The notes beneath the pieces were generated by a model, which was given only the letters and a program-made list of their open reading frames with translations, was not told the origin of the DNA and did no database searches. A DNA stretch of 63,369 bases, the filler included, from Nemertoderma westbladi (taxonomy: Eukaryota > Animalia > Xenacoelomorpha), in assembly GCA_032718475.1 (NCBI GenBank). It is 3 parts of 3 records of this genome, joined end to end, with 100 filler letters (N's around TTAATTAATTAA, not from the genome) between each part and the next. Parts side by side here need not be neighbours in the genome. Positions count along the whole stretch, not along the records: positions 52,329 to 63,369 come from JAUCBJ010000884.1; 2 more parts are not named here. One strand, 5' to 3'. Positions within the stretch are counted from its first letter, which is position 1; every line of letters begins with the position of its first letter. A program made the position numbers and the translations under genes. Of the stretch, positions 62,206 through 63,369 are shown one piece after another.

Positions 62206-63369
62206 TATACGATGATTACAAATTGAAAAGGCTATTTAAACTAAATCACATCACTTTAGCCCTTAGCGAGATTTATATTAGTACTCGAGTTATCCCTATC
62301 TCCATGTCTGGGTATGCCAGTCAGTCCATTAAAATGCAAGACAGACAGACCGAAAGACATACAGTTTAGATTCCACCAAATATTAAAACTGGCATCAAAA
62401 ATCAAATCAACGACCACAAAAACCCCCATAATGAAAACTTTAGCTCGGTGGTGGTGTGCTGTGCATCCACATTACCACCAAACATTATTAACCACATACC
62501 ATGGTAACCCCTGTACAACAACTGAGTCTGCCGATACCACATCAAAGGCAACAACAAAGTCCGCATTCACATCATTCATATACAGAATCTTATATTGGGC
62601 GAGCCATTGAGGCAAATCCACAGATACTCAGGGGAGTTACTCCTAGAATGCCAAGCAGATTTCCCTCCTCTGGATGGAGTGAATGGAGAATAATTTTTGG
62701 TGTCATTCAACGACATCTGGCTGAGAGACTTTTGAACTATTTGGACAAGCCATATTCAGTAACAATGCGTTGCATAAAGGTCCTCCACGCGTTTGCCATA
62801 CTTCGAGCAATAATATATCACTATCAATGAAAACTTGCCTAAAAATATGATGAGAAGTGTTTATAGTTAACTTTTAAAAATTTTCCACAGGATTTCTCAT
62901 ATCACTAAAGCATTTTGTAACGACTTTCGGTATATTTACCAATAATTATAAAAAAAACGGTAATGTTGGTTACAACCAGCAACCCCCCCCCACCCCCCCA
63001 TACACCACTTTGAAAGCATTAAATATCAAAGAAAATAAGGCACACAATTCTCTTATTACAAAATAATAATAGTAGAAAAATCGATGTTGGAAAATCGATA
63101 ATAAGTATAGTCACCCAGTAGGCCCTCTAGTACAGTACTGCATTAAAGCAACGTCCATTCCTTTGGATCCTAATAGGATGCGCTTATTATTTTATTTGGA
63201 TTTCTATATTTGGATTATGAATTTACTTGTTTCTTCTCTATCCTGACAATCATGAAGTTGCCTAGAATTTCATGGATTACGCTAGGCCCAAAGTTTGCGT
63301 AGTGTCCTGTGGTTATCGGCGACACAATCACATTTGTTTTCTTCCAACTAATTATACATTTTGTCTCAT

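Noticed and set aside
62314-62830. Coding-like ORFs near the window end
   Set aside because: Possibly a decayed transposon gene, but no motif I can support.

Overview
Eukaryotic (metazoan, probably invertebrate) AT-rich genomic DNA. It consists of three contigs joined by artificial 100-nt linkers (N44-TTAATTAATTAA-N44 at 28231-28330 and 52229-52328), so adjacency across the linkers is not biological evidence. Host genes: the C-terminal coding segment of an egghead/bre-3-like glycosyltransferase, SMIM13, an intronless atypical cytochrome P450, an intronless SLC18B1-like MFS transporter, the last exon of a TMED4/9 p24 protein, a complete 4-exon PP2A catalytic subunit and a 2-exon ceramide synthase. 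Most of the remainder is mobile DNA: a P-element with TIRs and 8-bp TSD, Sola2-, IS3EU-, Crypton-, LINE- and Penelope-like relics, a solo LTR, SINEs, and many MITEs including a five-level nest. Two observations stand out. (1) Minisatellites whose unit straddles a real splice site occur at three exon-intron junctions in two genes, creating up to about 35 decoy splice sites per intron. (2) A complete hammerhead ribozyme core at 4103-4175 has its three strands in a non-circularly permuted order, with an extra 12-bp helix, inside an inverted-repeat element. All family assignments come from motif recognition by eye; no searches were run.
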